This document shows, piece after piece, positions 28,394 through 38,639 of a stretch of 64,000 bases of DNA (position 1 is its first letter; each line of letters begins with the position of its first letter). The translations under genes and the position numbers were made by a program. Below the pieces are notes generated by a model. The model saw only the letters and a program-made list of their open reading frames with translations, made no database searches and was not told the origin of the DNA. This stretch comes from a virus (taxonomy: Duplodnaviria; Caudoviricetes), in the IMG/VR virus record IMGVR_UViG_3300047321_000298, positions 32,001-96,000 of that record. The stretch is one strand, 5' to 3'.

Positions 28394-29101
28394 TCAGTCC
28401 AGTTGTTCAGACTCTTCGCTGATTGGTTTTCGTTTAGGCTTCGACGTTACCGGCTGCGGCTGCGTTGATGCTGATCGGCGCTCCGGTTCTGTTGGGTGGA
28501 GTATCATCACTTCCTTTTTCGGAGTGATCGAGCCGACGAGTTCAGGAACGAGCGTTTCCGGCACGCCCATGTATTTCGCGATGAACTGTGCCATCCGGTA
28601 GCCGTGTGCGTACCGCATCATTTTTTCGAACTGCGCGAACGGCTCCTGATCAATAGGGGCGTCCAGTGTTCGCTGAAGCACGTCCATCGCCTGCGTGGTG
28701 CCTGCACTCACAGCCAGCACCTTGGGGCCCATTTCCTTCGTGAAGAACGAATAGACCTTTTCAATGTTGGGCGTCAGCTTAGGCGGCAGTTCTTTCGCGT
28801 ACAGCTTGAGCTTCTTTTCAACTTCGCCGTTCACCACTTCCAGAGTGGTTGGTTGCACGCCTTGTTTAAGCGTATCCACCGACTCAGCGAACGAGGGGCT
28901 TAGATGGAAAAAGAAGCGCGAGCGTTTCTTTTGCTGGTTGTTCTTTTCGGGCTTTGGTTTGCGCTTCGGGGCAGGGTCATCTGCAGCACGCTTCGCTGAC
29001 GGCGTTGCGTACGCAATGTTAGCAATGGCCGAAAGCACGTCATCTGCATCCTGCTCCTGCTTCCTTGTCTGAAGAACCAAATAACTGCTGCTTCCGGCCA
29101 T
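28394..29101 (-). CDS. Hypothetical protein
   Basis: Long ORF between the recombinase and TerL. Confidence 0.7.
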   Translation of the reverse strand: MAGSSSYLVLQTRKQEQDADDVLSAIANIAYATPSAKRAADDPAPKRKPKPEKNNQQKKRSRFFFHLSPSFAESVDTLKQGVQPTTLEVVNGEVEKKLKLYAKELPPKLTPNIEKVYSFFTKEMGPKVLAVSAGTTQAMDVLQRTLDAPIDQEPFAQFEKMMRYAHGYRMAQFIAKYMGVPETLVPELVGSITPKKEVMILHPTEPERRSASTQPQPVTSKPKRKPISEESEQLD

Positions 29102-29106
29102 TTCGT

Positions 29107-30525
29107 TTATTCCTCGTCGCTCTCTGCGGTCTTGCCAGCCTGACGTGTCAGGCTGAACAGTTCTTCTGCCTTGCCGGACCGCATCTGTTTGAAACAGTAT
29201 TTCCGCAAGTCGAACGGCTTGTAGCCGAGTTGATTACAGATTTCCGTTTTCTGTGCCTTGTCGCCCAGAATCCATTGCTTCAGAGTCAGCCAATGAACAG
29301 GCTTGGCTGTCGGTCCAAAACCGTCGATGTTGACCTTCAGCTTCTTGCGGTCGTTACCGACAATCTGTCCCGTCAACTGCATGTAGTACAGCGTGTCGAA
29401 CACAGGATCGATACCGCGAGCCTCACCCTTTTGGTCTTCAACCCAAAGGCGAATCCAGACCTTGCGATCTGGTAGCGAAAGCTTGTTTTTCTTGTTCTGG
29501 ATACGCACGTAGCGGTAGCGGTCCACGCCTTTACCATCGGCTGACTTCTCGATTTCGCGGCGCTCTTCCTTGTCCAACTGACCATTGAACGGAAAGCCTG
29601 AGGTCAGGGACGTGAACCACGAGCGTGCGTCACTGTAAAACTTGAGCGCGTTACCGCACGCTTCCTTTTCCTTCGGTCCGTACATGGCCATCGGAATTTC
29701 GCGCAACTGGTTCAAGCCGTACAGCGCGACCATCTTGTCAGCCATGCGCGCCTTGATCCGGGGCAGGTGCTTTGCGTAGAATCGTGCGTGAACGCCCAGC
29801 GAGTTATCTACTTCTTCCTCGTCGTTCGAATCCGGATTCAGCGCAGGCCACGAGTCCATAATGATCAGACCCTGGAGTTTGCCGTCCTTGGCTTTAACCC
29901 ACAGACCCTTACCGTATTTCCGGCGCATGGTTGCATCTGCAACATCGCCTACCATCGCTTTGTGTTTCTTGTTGTCCTCATCGAACACGAGCCACCACTC
30001 ATCGCCAACGTAGCGCTTGTCCGGCAGCATCTTCAGCGTCGAGTGAAACCAGTTGAAGAACCGTTCGCCAGACTTAGGGCTCATGTAACGAACGCGAGGT
30101 GTGATCACCCACTTGCCGCTGGTCTTGTCCTTCTTGCCGAACAGTTGATCGGTCGTGAGGTTCACGCCCATCGTGCGCAGAATGTTCGACACGTACGGAA
30201 TCGAATTGCGCGTTGAGCCTTCTGCGTCGGCAAAGACGATCATGTCGATGTTTTCCTGCACGGCCGATGCCATCACGTTCAGTGCCGCAGTCGTCTTCGA
30301 TGACTGCTCGAAGCCCGCGCCACCGTACATTGCCGGACGGACACCGCCACCCAACAGGTGGTCATAACACAGCAGGCCCGTTGACATCGGCTCCGAGACA
30401 TCATTGATGTCTGTATCGAGACCTTGCCGAGCACCGACCTCGTCAAGCGTGTCGTTGATCATCCCCGAAATATCGAAGTATGATGTTTCCTGCGTTGCTT
30501 CTTTCGCAACTTTTTTCGTCGCCAT
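29107..30525 (-). CDS. recA: RecA/UvsX-like recombinase
   Basis: GFEQSSKT P-loop, IIMDS, LNQLRE, GNALKFYSDAR. Confidence 0.88.
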   Translation of the reverse strand: MATKKVAKEATQETSYFDISGMINDTLDEVGARQGLDTDINDVSEPMSTGLLCYDHLLGGGVRPAMYGGAGFEQSSKTTAALNVMASAVQENIDMIVFADAEGSTRNSIPYVSNILRTMGVNLTTDQLFGKKDKTSGKWVITPRVRYMSPKSGERFFNWFHSTLKMLPDKRYVGDEWWLVFDEDNKKHKAMVGDVADATMRRKYGKGLWVKAKDGKLQGLIIMDSWPALNPDSNDEEEVDNSLGVHARFYAKHLPRIKARMADKMVALYGLNQLREIPMAMYGPKEKEACGNALKFYSDARSWFTSLTSGFPFNGQLDKEERREIEKSADGKGVDRYRYVRIQNKKNKLSLPDRKVWIRLWVEDQKGEARGIDPVFDTLYYMQLTGQIVGNDRKKLKVNIDGFGPTAKPVHWLTLKQWILGDKAQKTEICNQLGYKPFDLRKYCFKQMRSGKAEELFSLTRQAGKTAESDEE

Positions 30526-30549
30526 TCAATGCACCTGAGTTTGGGGTAC

Positions 30550-30590
30550 AAAAGAAAAGGCCCGCAGCCCTCAAGAGAGGGTCACGGGCC
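30550..30590 (-). terminator. Intrinsic terminator
   Basis: GGCCCGTGACCCTC...GAGGGCTGCGGGCC followed by TTTTCTTTT. Confidence 0.75.
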
Positions 30591-30614
30591 GGGTTTCAAT
30601 CGAGGGACTAACGA

Positions 30615-32123
30615 TCAATCGTCTAGGTCGTCGTCATCCTCATCACGGGCGGGCTTACGCTTCGAACTGCGCTTAGGAGCAGGTTCGTCGTCTTCATCTT
30701 CATCCGGATCGGGACGGCGCTTTTTCGAGGTGCGCTTCGGTGCCGGTTCGTCGTCTTCGTCTTCGTCGTCGCGGGACGCTTTGCCACGCTTCTTGGGCGG
30801 CTCGTCGTCTTCATCTTCGTCGTCTTCATCCGGATCAGGGCGGCGCTTCTTGTTCGACTTCGACTTGGCGCTCACGCCTTCGTCGTCCTCGTCTTCGTCT
30901 GAATCGTCATCCCCGTCATCGTCGTCTTCCTCAGAGGCACGTTTTGAGCGACCCTTGGCTGAACTGGCGCTGCTTGTGCCGGTCTTGCCTTTGCCACGAC
31001 GCGGTTCATCGTCATCATCGTCTTGATCGTCATCGTCTTCATCCTCATCGCGCGATGATTTCGAACCACGCTTCTTGGGCGGCTCATCCTCATCGTCCAG
31101 ATCGTCGTCATCGTCATCCCGCGACGGCTTACCACGCTTTTTCGAAGCGGGTTCGTCGTCCTCGTCATCCTCATCTTCATCCGGGTCGGGGCGGCGCTTG
31201 CTGCTACGCTTGGGGCGATCTTCTTCGTCCTCGTCTTCATCTTCGTCAGATGAACGACGCTTGCTGCGCTTCGGCTGCTCGTCCTCGTCCTCGTCGTCTT
31301 CATCACGCTTCTTCGAACGCTGCTTGCGCTTCGGCTCGTCATCGAGTTCGATACCGGCGCGTCTGCAGAACCCTTCGAAGTCGCGCTTCACTTCCTCGTC
31401 GGTCTGCTCGGTGACCAGGTTCGACGTGTCGTAGCGGAGAAGTGCCAGTTCTTCTTCGGTCAGCGGCGTGCGCTCGCCCAACTGAATCTGGTACTGATCA
31501 GCCGGTGACTTCTCACTGTCGTAGTAAATACGAACATCGCAGCCGTAGGCTTCGTCTGCAACACTGTATGCTTTGCTACCTGACTTCTTCGAACGAACGA
31601 CGTTCAGTCCCTTGAGTTCCTTCACCTTCTCAACGAGTGAAGGGGGCATTGCAAACACCGTCCACGGCGTCCACGTATCGGAATCCTTGTCCTTGAAACC
31701 CGACTCGCGCTCTGCACGCGTGGGCTTCGTCAGAGTTGACGGAGCCTGACGCTGTGCCGAGCGCAACAGGAAGTCCGCATAGAACTTCTTGTTGATCTGG
31801 ATCGTCATCTTCTCTTTCGCTACACCTTCGTCCTTCTCTTTCTGCCAGAGCGCGAACCACGGATCGTAGATCGTGGAATCGAACGAGCCAGATTGCGGGT
31901 CCCACGAGCGAAGATTGACCGGGAATTTCCCCTTGCCGCCGCCTTCCTTCTTCTTGTAATTAACCCAGCCGGTTGCATAGCTGTTCAGTCCGCCATACAG
32001 TCGCCCCGTTACCCATTTCTTTTCAGGAAGCTTGAGTAGGTTGACCAGGTCAGTTACCTTGACCTTTTCTGAGCGCGAGTTTGTCTTAGCGTCGTCAAAA
32101 GAGACGCTTCGTTGTTTAGCCAT
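30615..32123 (-). CDS. Probable ssDNA-binding protein (gp32-like) with ~240-aa acidic/basic low-complexity tail
   Basis: Globular N-terminal half next to the recombinase; C-terminal blocks of D/E alternating with K/R. Confidence 0.6.
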   Translation of the reverse strand: MAKQRSVSFDDAKTNSRSEKVKVTDLVNLLKLPEKKWVTGRLYGGLNSYATGWVNYKKKEGGGKGKFPVNLRSWDPQSGSFDSTIYDPWFALWQKEKDEGVAKEKMTIQINKKFYADFLLRSAQRQAPSTLTKPTRAERESGFKDKDSDTWTPWTVFAMPPSLVEKVKELKGLNVVRSKKSGSKAYSVADEAYGCDVRIYYDSEKSPADQYQIQLGERTPLTEEELALLRYDTSNLVTEQTDEEVKRDFEGFCRRAGIELDDEPKRKQRSKKRDEDDEDEDEQPKRSKRRSSDEDEDEDEEDRPKRSSKRRPDPDEDEDDEDDEPASKKRGKPSRDDDDDDLDDEDEPPKKRGSKSSRDEDEDDDDQDDDDDEPRRGKGKTGTSSASSAKGRSKRASEEDDDDGDDDSDEDEDDEGVSAKSKSNKKRRPDPDEDDEDEDDEPPKKRGKASRDDEDEDDEPAPKRTSKKRRPDPDEDEDDEPAPKRSSKRKPARDEDDDDLDD

Positions 32124-32160
32124 CTGGAAAGTCCTTTGAGGGGAGGGTTACACTATTTAT

Positions 32161-32526
32161 TTACTGCGGAGCAACCGGTTTCATGTGCTCAACACAACTC
32201 GTTAAATCTCGCAACATGTCCAATAAAATCCGCCGTTGTTCAGCAGCGTCCTGCGTTTGAAGCACAGCGTTGAGAGAGACAACCGTTGCTTGAAGCACTG
32301 CCTGCTGCTGAACGGAGCGCTCATATGCCTTAAGCTTGATTTGCTCAGTGATCAGCGAAACGACGGCGGCCATTTGCTGGTCGTTCAGTTTGTCCATGAG
32401 CAGGCGACCCGCTAGCTCTTCAGCTTGCTTCGCCCGCATCGCATAGTTGGAGACGAGGCTCTTCATCGCGGCTAGCGACAGTTCAAGTGAGGCTTCGCGG
32501 CTGTTGTTGCGTGACTGGAATGTCAT
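32161..32526 (-). CDS. Hypothetical coiled-coil protein
   Basis: Coupled to the sigma-like gene. Confidence 0.65.
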   Translation of the reverse strand: MTFQSRNNSREASLELSLAAMKSLVSNYAMRAKQAEELAGRLLMDKLNDQQMAAVVSLITEQIKLKAYERSVQQQAVLQATVVSLNAVLQTQDAAEQRRILLDMLRDLTSCVEHMKPVAPQ

Positions 32527-33497
32527 GCATCCTCCAGAACAAACATTCGGAGTATTTCGCGATGCTCAGGACTGACGGTCTCAGGTATGCCCATGGACGC
32601 GCGGAGTATCCCCAGAGGGTCGAGCGGCTTCGTGATGTGCGCAACGTGCTCGATCAACTCTGAGGAAGTGTCTTGCTCGCAGTAGCCGATTACGTCTGAG
32701 ACGGAATCTCCAAGCTCTTCAACCAGAGACTCATACGACTGATCGTTCTGTGTCTTGGCTAACTCAGCTACTTCGGATCGGCCGCTCTTAAACCAGTTCT
32801 GAATGAACGTCGTGAGAACACCCTGACGCGCGTCGCACCGGTCAATCGCCCGCGATGTCACCATGAGATAAATCTGCACAATGTCATCGAGCTTGATGTA
32901 GTGGTTGTAGTCCTTGTACGTGGCTTGGGCGGAGTTCAGCGCTAACCGGTAATACTTCTCGGTGATCATCTCCTTCCACTTTTGCGCCTTCTCGTACCAG
33001 TACTTGACCTGGAGAATGCAGTTGTAGAGTGAGCCGCCCGTGCGCAGACCAACGGCGCGTTCCATCTGCCACATTTTCGATTTGCGGATCGTCGTGTCCA
33101 TCTCGATAAACGGCGAATGCAGCTTCTCGTAGCCTGCCAGGCAGCGGAGGAAGACCAGGATCAATCCGAATGACAGACCACGGTTCAGGAACATCTTCTT
33201 CGCGTGCTCGCGCGCCTTAACCGTGTCCTGCGTTGTCACCAGATTGAAGAGATGGATGGGTAGCTTGGCGCGGTCGTCGCTGGAAAACTTGGTGCTCGAT
33301 TTCAGCGTCTGGTTGGAGACAACCTTAGCGATGTAGTTATTGAAGAACGCTGGACACTCATCGTGTATCGGGGATAGGGCGTTCCATAGGAACATGTCCA
33401 GCGTCTGCAAATATTCCAAGCTGAGAAGATTCTTTTCGATCTTCTCCCGTATGTTCTTCAGCTTGGAAAATGATTCTGAATGTTCATAGTCCTTCAT
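32523..33497 (-). CDS. Phage sigma70-like factor, C-terminally truncated
   Basis: KEMITEKYYRLAL...LDDIVQ...RAIDRCDARQGVLTTFIQNW matches sigma region 2; ends shortly after a region-4.1-like SPEHREILRMF. Confidence 0.7.
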   Translation of the reverse strand: MKDYEHSESFSKLKNIREKIEKNLLSLEYLQTLDMFLWNALSPIHDECPAFFNNYIAKVVSNQTLKSSTKFSSDDRAKLPIHLFNLVTTQDTVKAREHAKKMFLNRGLSFGLILVFLRCLAGYEKLHSPFIEMDTTIRKSKMWQMERAVGLRTGGSLYNCILQVKYWYEKAQKWKEMITEKYYRLALNSAQATYKDYNHYIKLDDIVQIYLMVTSRAIDRCDARQGVLTTFIQNWFKSGRSEVAELAKTQNDQSYESLVEELGDSVSDVIGYCEQDTSSELIEHVAHITKPLDPLGILRASMGIPETVSPEHREILRMFVLEDA

Positions 33498-34324
33498 TTT
33501 CTACCTTTCGATGCCGGACCACGGTTCGCGCGTCCCGGTGCGGCCTTCGAGCTTGGCGCTCGCATTGCTGCCGGTGGCGGTTTCACGGCTACGGGCTTCG
33601 GTGCTGTTCTGGGGGCAGTCATCATCGCAGGGGGTGCTGAGCGCGGAGGCTGCGACTTAACGGCTGGTGATTTCTTCGCTGGCGGGTTCTGCATTGACTT
33701 CGGAAGCGTGGATTGTTTCTTGCCCGGTTTCACTGAACGCTGAACATTCTTCGGCGTGTTGATCTTCACGGGCTTGATCAGTTGCTCCTTGCGTTTGCGT
33801 TCTTCCTCTTCCTTCCGGCGCTTCAACTCGGAAGGCGGAACCTGAATCTCAGGCACACCGATAGGCGACTGGCCTTTCTTGGGGGGCTTCGGTCTTGGCA
33901 ACTGATCTTTGATCTTGTTGTACAGAGCAACAAGGTGCTTGCACTGAGCGGGCCGCATTTGCGGGTTGCGGATCACTGGGAGTTCGCCGTTCGAATATTC
34001 GATGTCGGCCGCCTGCTTGTGATTCAACGCGACTTCCCAACGGTATTTGAAGTCAGCACACGAGCACGAAACAATCACGTGTAGATACGTGTCGAGAAAG
34101 ATGATGACGGTCACGTACCGGTTTGGCTTTCCGTTCTTGCCTGTCTTGTTCTTTACGAACTTCTGCTTGTAGTGATCCCAGACCTTTGTTGAGTAGGATG
34201 CTGAGGCAACATAGCCACGTCCCAGCGAATCCCATCCCTTTTTCTGGTGCACGATCTTTACGTACTTTGCAGACTCGTGGCGACGTTTGTTAACTCTTTT
34301 GACAATCTGGGGCAGCGTTAGCAT
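33494..34324 (-). CDS. SWIM zinc-finger protein with basic Pro-rich tail
   Basis: VSCSCADF...CKHL. Confidence 0.7.
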   Translation of the reverse strand: MLTLPQIVKRVNKRRHESAKYVKIVHQKKGWDSLGRGYVASASYSTKVWDHYKQKFVKNKTGKNGKPNRYVTVIIFLDTYLHVIVSCSCADFKYRWEVALNHKQAADIEYSNGELPVIRNPQMRPAQCKHLVALYNKIKDQLPRPKPPKKGQSPIGVPEIQVPPSELKRRKEEEERKRKEQLIKPVKINTPKNVQRSVKPGKKQSTLPKSMQNPPAKKSPAVKSQPPRSAPPAMMTAPRTAPKPVAVKPPPAAMRAPSSKAAPGRANRGPASKGRK

Positions 34325-34379
34325 AGTTACCTCTAATGCCTTATGTAGAACATCAAATTACGCTGCCCCGTGCTTCGCT

Positions 34380-35441
34380 CTATGCTTCGTACAAGAAGGT
34401 TGTGCCTCCGACAAGTTTGCGATTCGCAGACGTTGACTGAACAAAAACCGTGTACTTGCTTGTATCAAAACCTGCATCCCGTGGATTCAGATTAATAGAT
34501 GCACCATGGGGCAGACCCAACACCTCACGGGCAGCCGCACCCTCGAACAGGTCACCGGTCTCGCGGTCGAGAATCAGGACTTCCTTCGATGCCTGAATCG
34601 TTTCGCGCTTGGTGAATTCGTAGAAGCCACGACCGATCTTGAAAACAAGGCCGTTATCGAGCACGAACTCCTTGATAGCTCGGTCTGTCGTGACTGGAAT
34701 GCGTTGGAATCGCGATGGGTCTGTAGCACGGGCATCGACCGAAGCGAACGTGCCGGTTGCCGGATCACGCTTCATCACCTTGTCGAAGATCGCGGACAGC
34801 GAACGGGTCATGCGCTTTTCGGCTACGACTTCGGCCTCGTACGTCTGTACCGCTTCCGGACTCACCTGGCTGTAGGCAAGCGCAACCAGCATTTCGGTCG
34901 CTTCGCTAAACTGCGAGAGACGCAGGTGGGCACCACCAGTTGTCGCTGCAATCGTCTGGTAGAAAGATTCGGCGTACCGGTTGTTGAGAGCCTGCACGCC
35001 GTGGATCACGACACCCAGATCGAGCAGCGCTTTCGCTTCGGCTCTCCAGTCGATATGTCCAGGGTTATGCGCAAGCATGTGCGGCACATCGTCCCCGATC
35101 ATGATCAACAGACGACGCGAGTCGGGCGTCCACTGCATTTTCGTGCGGGCCTCTTGAAGCACCAGTTCGTAGCATTCGGGCGCGTCACCGCCGTGCGTAG
35201 CTTCGACGTTCTTGACGAAATATGAAACGGCGTTCGGATCGTTCGTCAGTTGCAGGTGCTTCGTCACGTAGGTCCGACCCGCGTCGCAGTAGTCACCGTG
35301 CGCGATGATGCCAACGCGCAGACTTGGAACTTCCTTGAACAGCCGGGTAGCAGTCGCGTCCACACGACGGCGCACCTCAGACAGGCACGGATACATCGAA
35401 CCCGTTGTATCGAAGCTCAGAACAATGTCAATCGGTTGCAT
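34380..35441 (-). CDS. von Willebrand factor A domain protein
   Basis: DIVLSFDTTGSM MIDAS, GGDAPE, IMIGD. Confidence 0.88.
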   Translation of the reverse strand: MQPIDIVLSFDTTGSMYPCLSEVRRRVDATATRLFKEVPSLRVGIIAHGDYCDAGRTYVTKHLQLTNDPNAVSYFVKNVEATHGGDAPECYELVLQEARTKMQWTPDSRRLLIMIGDDVPHMLAHNPGHIDWRAEAKALLDLGVVIHGVQALNNRYAESFYQTIAATTGGAHLRLSQFSEATEMLVALAYSQVSPEAVQTYEAEVVAEKRMTRSLSAIFDKVMKRDPATGTFASVDARATDPSRFQRIPVTTDRAIKEFVLDNGLVFKIGRGFYEFTKRETIQASKEVLILDRETGDLFEGAAAREVLGLPHGASINLNPRDAGFDTSKYTVFVQSTSANRKLVGGTTFLYEA

Positions 35442-35522
35442 TTATTCTCCAGGGAAGGGAGTTCGATCAGAACAGGCGGAAGAACACGCCGAACCACAGC
35501 ATGCAAATTGTGTAGAAGCTCA

Positions 35523-35654
35523 TCAGATGACCCTCACATGTTTGTAGATAAACGCGCAGGCCGCGCCTATCTGCTGCCCACACGACCAGATACCGCTGAT
35601 CCCGGACCATAAGATCACGGCGAGGATCAGCCACCGCTGAATATGGCGCTTCAT
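35523..35654 (-). CDS. Small membrane peptide
   Basis: MKRHIQRWLILAVILW...; ATGA overlap with the thyX stop. Confidence 0.45.
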   Translation of the reverse strand: MKRHIQRWLILAVILWSGISGIWSCGQQIGAACAFIYKHVRVI

Positions 35655-36592
35655 TTCGCTGTCCCGTAGAGAGCCACTGTCTTGCCGTACACTTGGCGCA
35701 TCGCCTGGATCGAGCCCAGACGCTCCAAGATGTCGCGGTGCTGGAACCAACCACCTGTGAAGTTGCGGCAGGAGCCGTTTACCTCAGCGCCATAGGCTTG
35801 GTGCTCGGTCGGTGAGGCGTGAAGTGGCTTGGACTCAACGAGCCGCTCATAGAGCGCAATATCTGACTCGCGCGAGGGATTTTTCTTGTCGTGAGTCAGA
35901 TACGAAACGCGTGCGCAGCGTGCGGCCGACATCGCCAAAAGGTCACAGACGGGAACATGCATACGCTCTTCGAGCGAGATGTATGGCAGGTGCCAGTTGC
36001 GTGCGTCGGAGCCGTTTGATGCGTATTTCACGACGCGCGGCTTTGACGCTTCGTAGGCCGTGATCATCGTGTGTGCCAGGTCTTGAATGTCCGGCTGCGC
36101 GTCTTCGTGGTCACGCAGTTCGTACCAGTTCTCCCATTCCGTAGCGGTAGCTACGACAGAGATTCGGGAATACGGCTCCAAATGTCGATTCACGATCTGT
36201 TTGTGGTAACCGGCTTCAGAGAACGCTTCAGCCCAATTGGCAGAGTGCGCGGCTGCACGGTCCCACGCTTCCTCGCGGGTCAGGAGTTCGCCTGTCATCG
36301 GATCGGCCACGAGGTTAGTGCACTCTTCGTGTGCTTGCATGCCCGGTTGGTTCTTCCCCCAGTGCACGGGCTTTGCTGCGTCCGTGCGTACTTCTTCGAG
36401 CAGCTTCGCAGTCGGGATGGCGCGCGACGAGGAAGCATTGCGCGAGAAAACTCGGTGAGTCAAGAACTCGGCATGGACGGCACGCCAGTAGCGTAGCTGG
36501 AACGTGAGCAGTTCCTTGCCGGTGTGTCCGTTAATCGAGTGTTCGATGACGGATACGAGTGCGGCTTTGCCTTGGAAGGTTTGATAGTTCAT
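35651..36592 (-). CDS. thyX: Flavin-dependent thymidylate synthase
   Basis: EFLTHRVFSRNASSSR, ARCARVSY, HASPTEH. Confidence 0.92.
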   Translation of the reverse strand: MNYQTFQGKAALVSVIEHSINGHTGKELLTFQLRYWRAVHAEFLTHRVFSRNASSSRAIPTAKLLEEVRTDAAKPVHWGKNQPGMQAHEECTNLVADPMTGELLTREEAWDRAAAHSANWAEAFSEAGYHKQIVNRHLEPYSRISVVATATEWENWYELRDHEDAQPDIQDLAHTMITAYEASKPRVVKYASNGSDARNWHLPYISLEERMHVPVCDLLAMSAARCARVSYLTHDKKNPSRESDIALYERLVESKPLHASPTEHQAYGAEVNGSCRNFTGGWFQHRDILERLGSIQAMRQVYGKTVALYGTAK

Positions 36593-37935
36593 TTCTTCTC
36601 TTTGTTGAACAAGTTTTGAGTTTTGGGTTCAGCCGTTTTTCGAGCGTGCTTGATCCGGGCCCGTGAAATCTCGACGTACTCTGGCGTCATGTCGATACCC
36701 GCGAATTTGAAACCTTCGAGCATGCAGGCTTTGCCCGTCGAACCTGAGCCCATGAAGGGGTCAAGCACAATTCCGTTGGGTGGAGTTACGAGTCGGACCA
36801 GATATCGCATCAAGTCTGTAGGCTTGACTGTGGGGTGAATATTGGCTCTTGGAAGATTCGGATTTTTAGCCGCATCTTTTGACCACCCACCGCCCCCGCC
36901 GTCCTTACTAGCTATGTGTGCCTTGGACTTCTTTTCAAAACTTTCCAGTCCGTCGTCACGATCTTTCTTTGATGCCTTGGCGCAGTAGAAGAAACGAGCG
37001 GCTGACCCCTTGTCGAGATATTGATTCGCACTATTGTCGTGTGGGTTCTTAAACTCCCCGTAACTCACGACATTATTTTTCAGGCCGCCCTTCTGGCGAC
37101 CGCCACCTCCCGAGGACCTCGCATCGGGGAATGCGGCTAGTACCTCATCCGAACCATCGTGGGTCACGTTCGCAGGCCAGCGGCCTAGGTCGCTTCCGTT
37201 AAAGCCCTCTTTCGGCGTCCACCCATCGTCGTTCATTCGCCCTAGTGAGCCAGGTGGGCGCTTTACGCGAGTTGATTCCGTTCCGACACGGCAACCATCA
37301 ATGTTGATAGCGCCTGTTCTGTGAGCCAGCACATTGTTAGCTACTGTTCCCTTGAAAGGTTTACGCGCAACACAGATGGGCTCGTGTGCCGGTTTAAGTG
37401 CAGTGCCCCAGCCATCCCACTCTTTTGCCGCGTCTGTTGCAGGTGCGGTAATAGCAGATAGATCAATGGTTTTTGTTTGTTCACCCGCGTGTAGCCTTCC
37501 ACCGCGCACATCTTGTTTGGGAGTTGCTTTTCTGCCAGCAGTATGATGGCCAATCACTTGGCGTTCTGCGCCTGCTGCCTTATCCAGAGCCTTTCCAACA
37601 TTTTGGGATTTTGGAAATCCCGAACCGTATAACCACATAATCTGGTCACGAATTTCGAAGCCCGCATCTTCGATTGCGCACACCATCCGATGGTAGGTAC
37701 GCGATCCGCTGAACGCTAGAAGATGTCCACCCGGTTTCAGAACTCGCAGTGCTTCTTTCCACAGATCGACGTTGTTGGCTATTCCCGATTTGTCCCAACC
37801 TTTTCCCATGAATCCGAGTTCGTACGGCGGATCACAAACTATCGAATGCACGGAGTTAGAGGGTATGGTTTTTAGAACTTGTTCGGACTTCCCCAGGAAC
37901 AACTGATATCTTGAACACTTATACTTTGGTTTCAT
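36589..37935 (-). CDS. DNA amino-methyltransferase (m6A/m4C, beta class)
   Basis: DPPY motif IV, HPTVKP, VLDPFMGSGSTG motif I; start at MKPKY. Confidence 0.9.
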   Translation of the reverse strand: MKPKYKCSRYQLFLGKSEQVLKTIPSNSVHSIVCDPPYELGFMGKGWDKSGIANNVDLWKEALRVLKPGGHLLAFSGSRTYHRMVCAIEDAGFEIRDQIMWLYGSGFPKSQNVGKALDKAAGAERQVIGHHTAGRKATPKQDVRGGRLHAGEQTKTIDLSAITAPATDAAKEWDGWGTALKPAHEPICVARKPFKGTVANNVLAHRTGAINIDGCRVGTESTRVKRPPGSLGRMNDDGWTPKEGFNGSDLGRWPANVTHDGSDEVLAAFPDARSSGGGGRQKGGLKNNVVSYGEFKNPHDNSANQYLDKGSAARFFYCAKASKKDRDDGLESFEKKSKAHIASKDGGGGGWSKDAAKNPNLPRANIHPTVKPTDLMRYLVRLVTPPNGIVLDPFMGSGSTGKACMLEGFKFAGIDMTPEYVEISRARIKHARKTAEPKTQNLFNKEKK

Positions 37936-38293
37936 ATTCGAACGGCTGAAGTAGGTCTGGTTGGACCACGATGAACTGCGCACGCGACGAGTCAGAGCCC
38001 GGGTTCTCATTCACCCACTGCATGTTTCTGTCCAGTGCCATATCCGTGAAGATCAGGCGACCGCGAACCTCCAGGATCAGGCCAACCTTCTTGAACTGAG
38101 CGGGAAGGACAATCGCGTCCTTTTGGAACGTCTCGAAGTCATCGCTCAAAAGCTGTGCTGTGTTCGAGTCCACAACGACGTGCTGCACGTCCGGCATCAG
38201 AATTCGAGCAATGAAATCCCCGGTCGTCGTGAATTCGAGGCGCTTCACATCAGCCGGGAAATGTTTTGAGCGGTAGTGCTGCCGTTGACCCAT
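37919..38293 (-). CDS. Hypothetical protein (start uncertain)
   Basis: Fills the gap between coupled genes. Confidence 0.5.
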   Translation of the reverse strand: MGQRQHYRSKHFPADVKRLEFTTTGDFIARILMPDVQHVVVDSNTAQLLSDDFETFQKDAIVLPAQFKKVGLILEVRGRLIFTDMALDRNMQWVNENPGSDSSRAQFIVVQPDLLQPFEYETKV

Positions 38294-38639
38294 AGGGAAC
38301 CTGTTGTGGATGTTTGATAACGCAGTCCATGAACTTCTGACGGAACGACTCAGGGATATCCGGATGCTGGATAACGAACTGCAGAAGTAGGTTCTTCACC
38401 TGGAGTGCAATGGCTCTTGGATCAGAGCCGTCCCAGACAAACGCATCAGTGAACTTGAGGTGGTGACCTCTGCGCGTTGACTCGAAGGCGAACTTGCAGG
38501 AGGCTTGAGGTCGTCCAACTGTTCCGTGGATGTTGAGGAAAGCGCGACCCGAATTCATGTTCATTGAGTAACTGAAAGACGTTACGTCAACGGTCATCGC
38601 ACCCTGCTTCTCATCTTTGAACGTAAATTTTGTTCCCAT
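38250..38639 (-). CDS. Hypothetical protein
   Basis: ORF in the operon. Confidence 0.6.
   Translation of the reverse strand: MGTKFTFKDEKQGAMTVDVTSFSYSMNMNSGRAFLNIHGTVGRPQASCKFAFESTRRGHHLKFTDAFVWDGSDPRAIALQVKNLLLQFVIQHPDIPESFRQKFMDCVIKHPQQVPYGSTAALPLKTFPG

Noticed and set aside
30529-31434. Plus-strand Ser/Arg-rich ORFs
   Set aside because: Antisense shadows of the repetitive D/E/K/R tail of the SSB-like gene.
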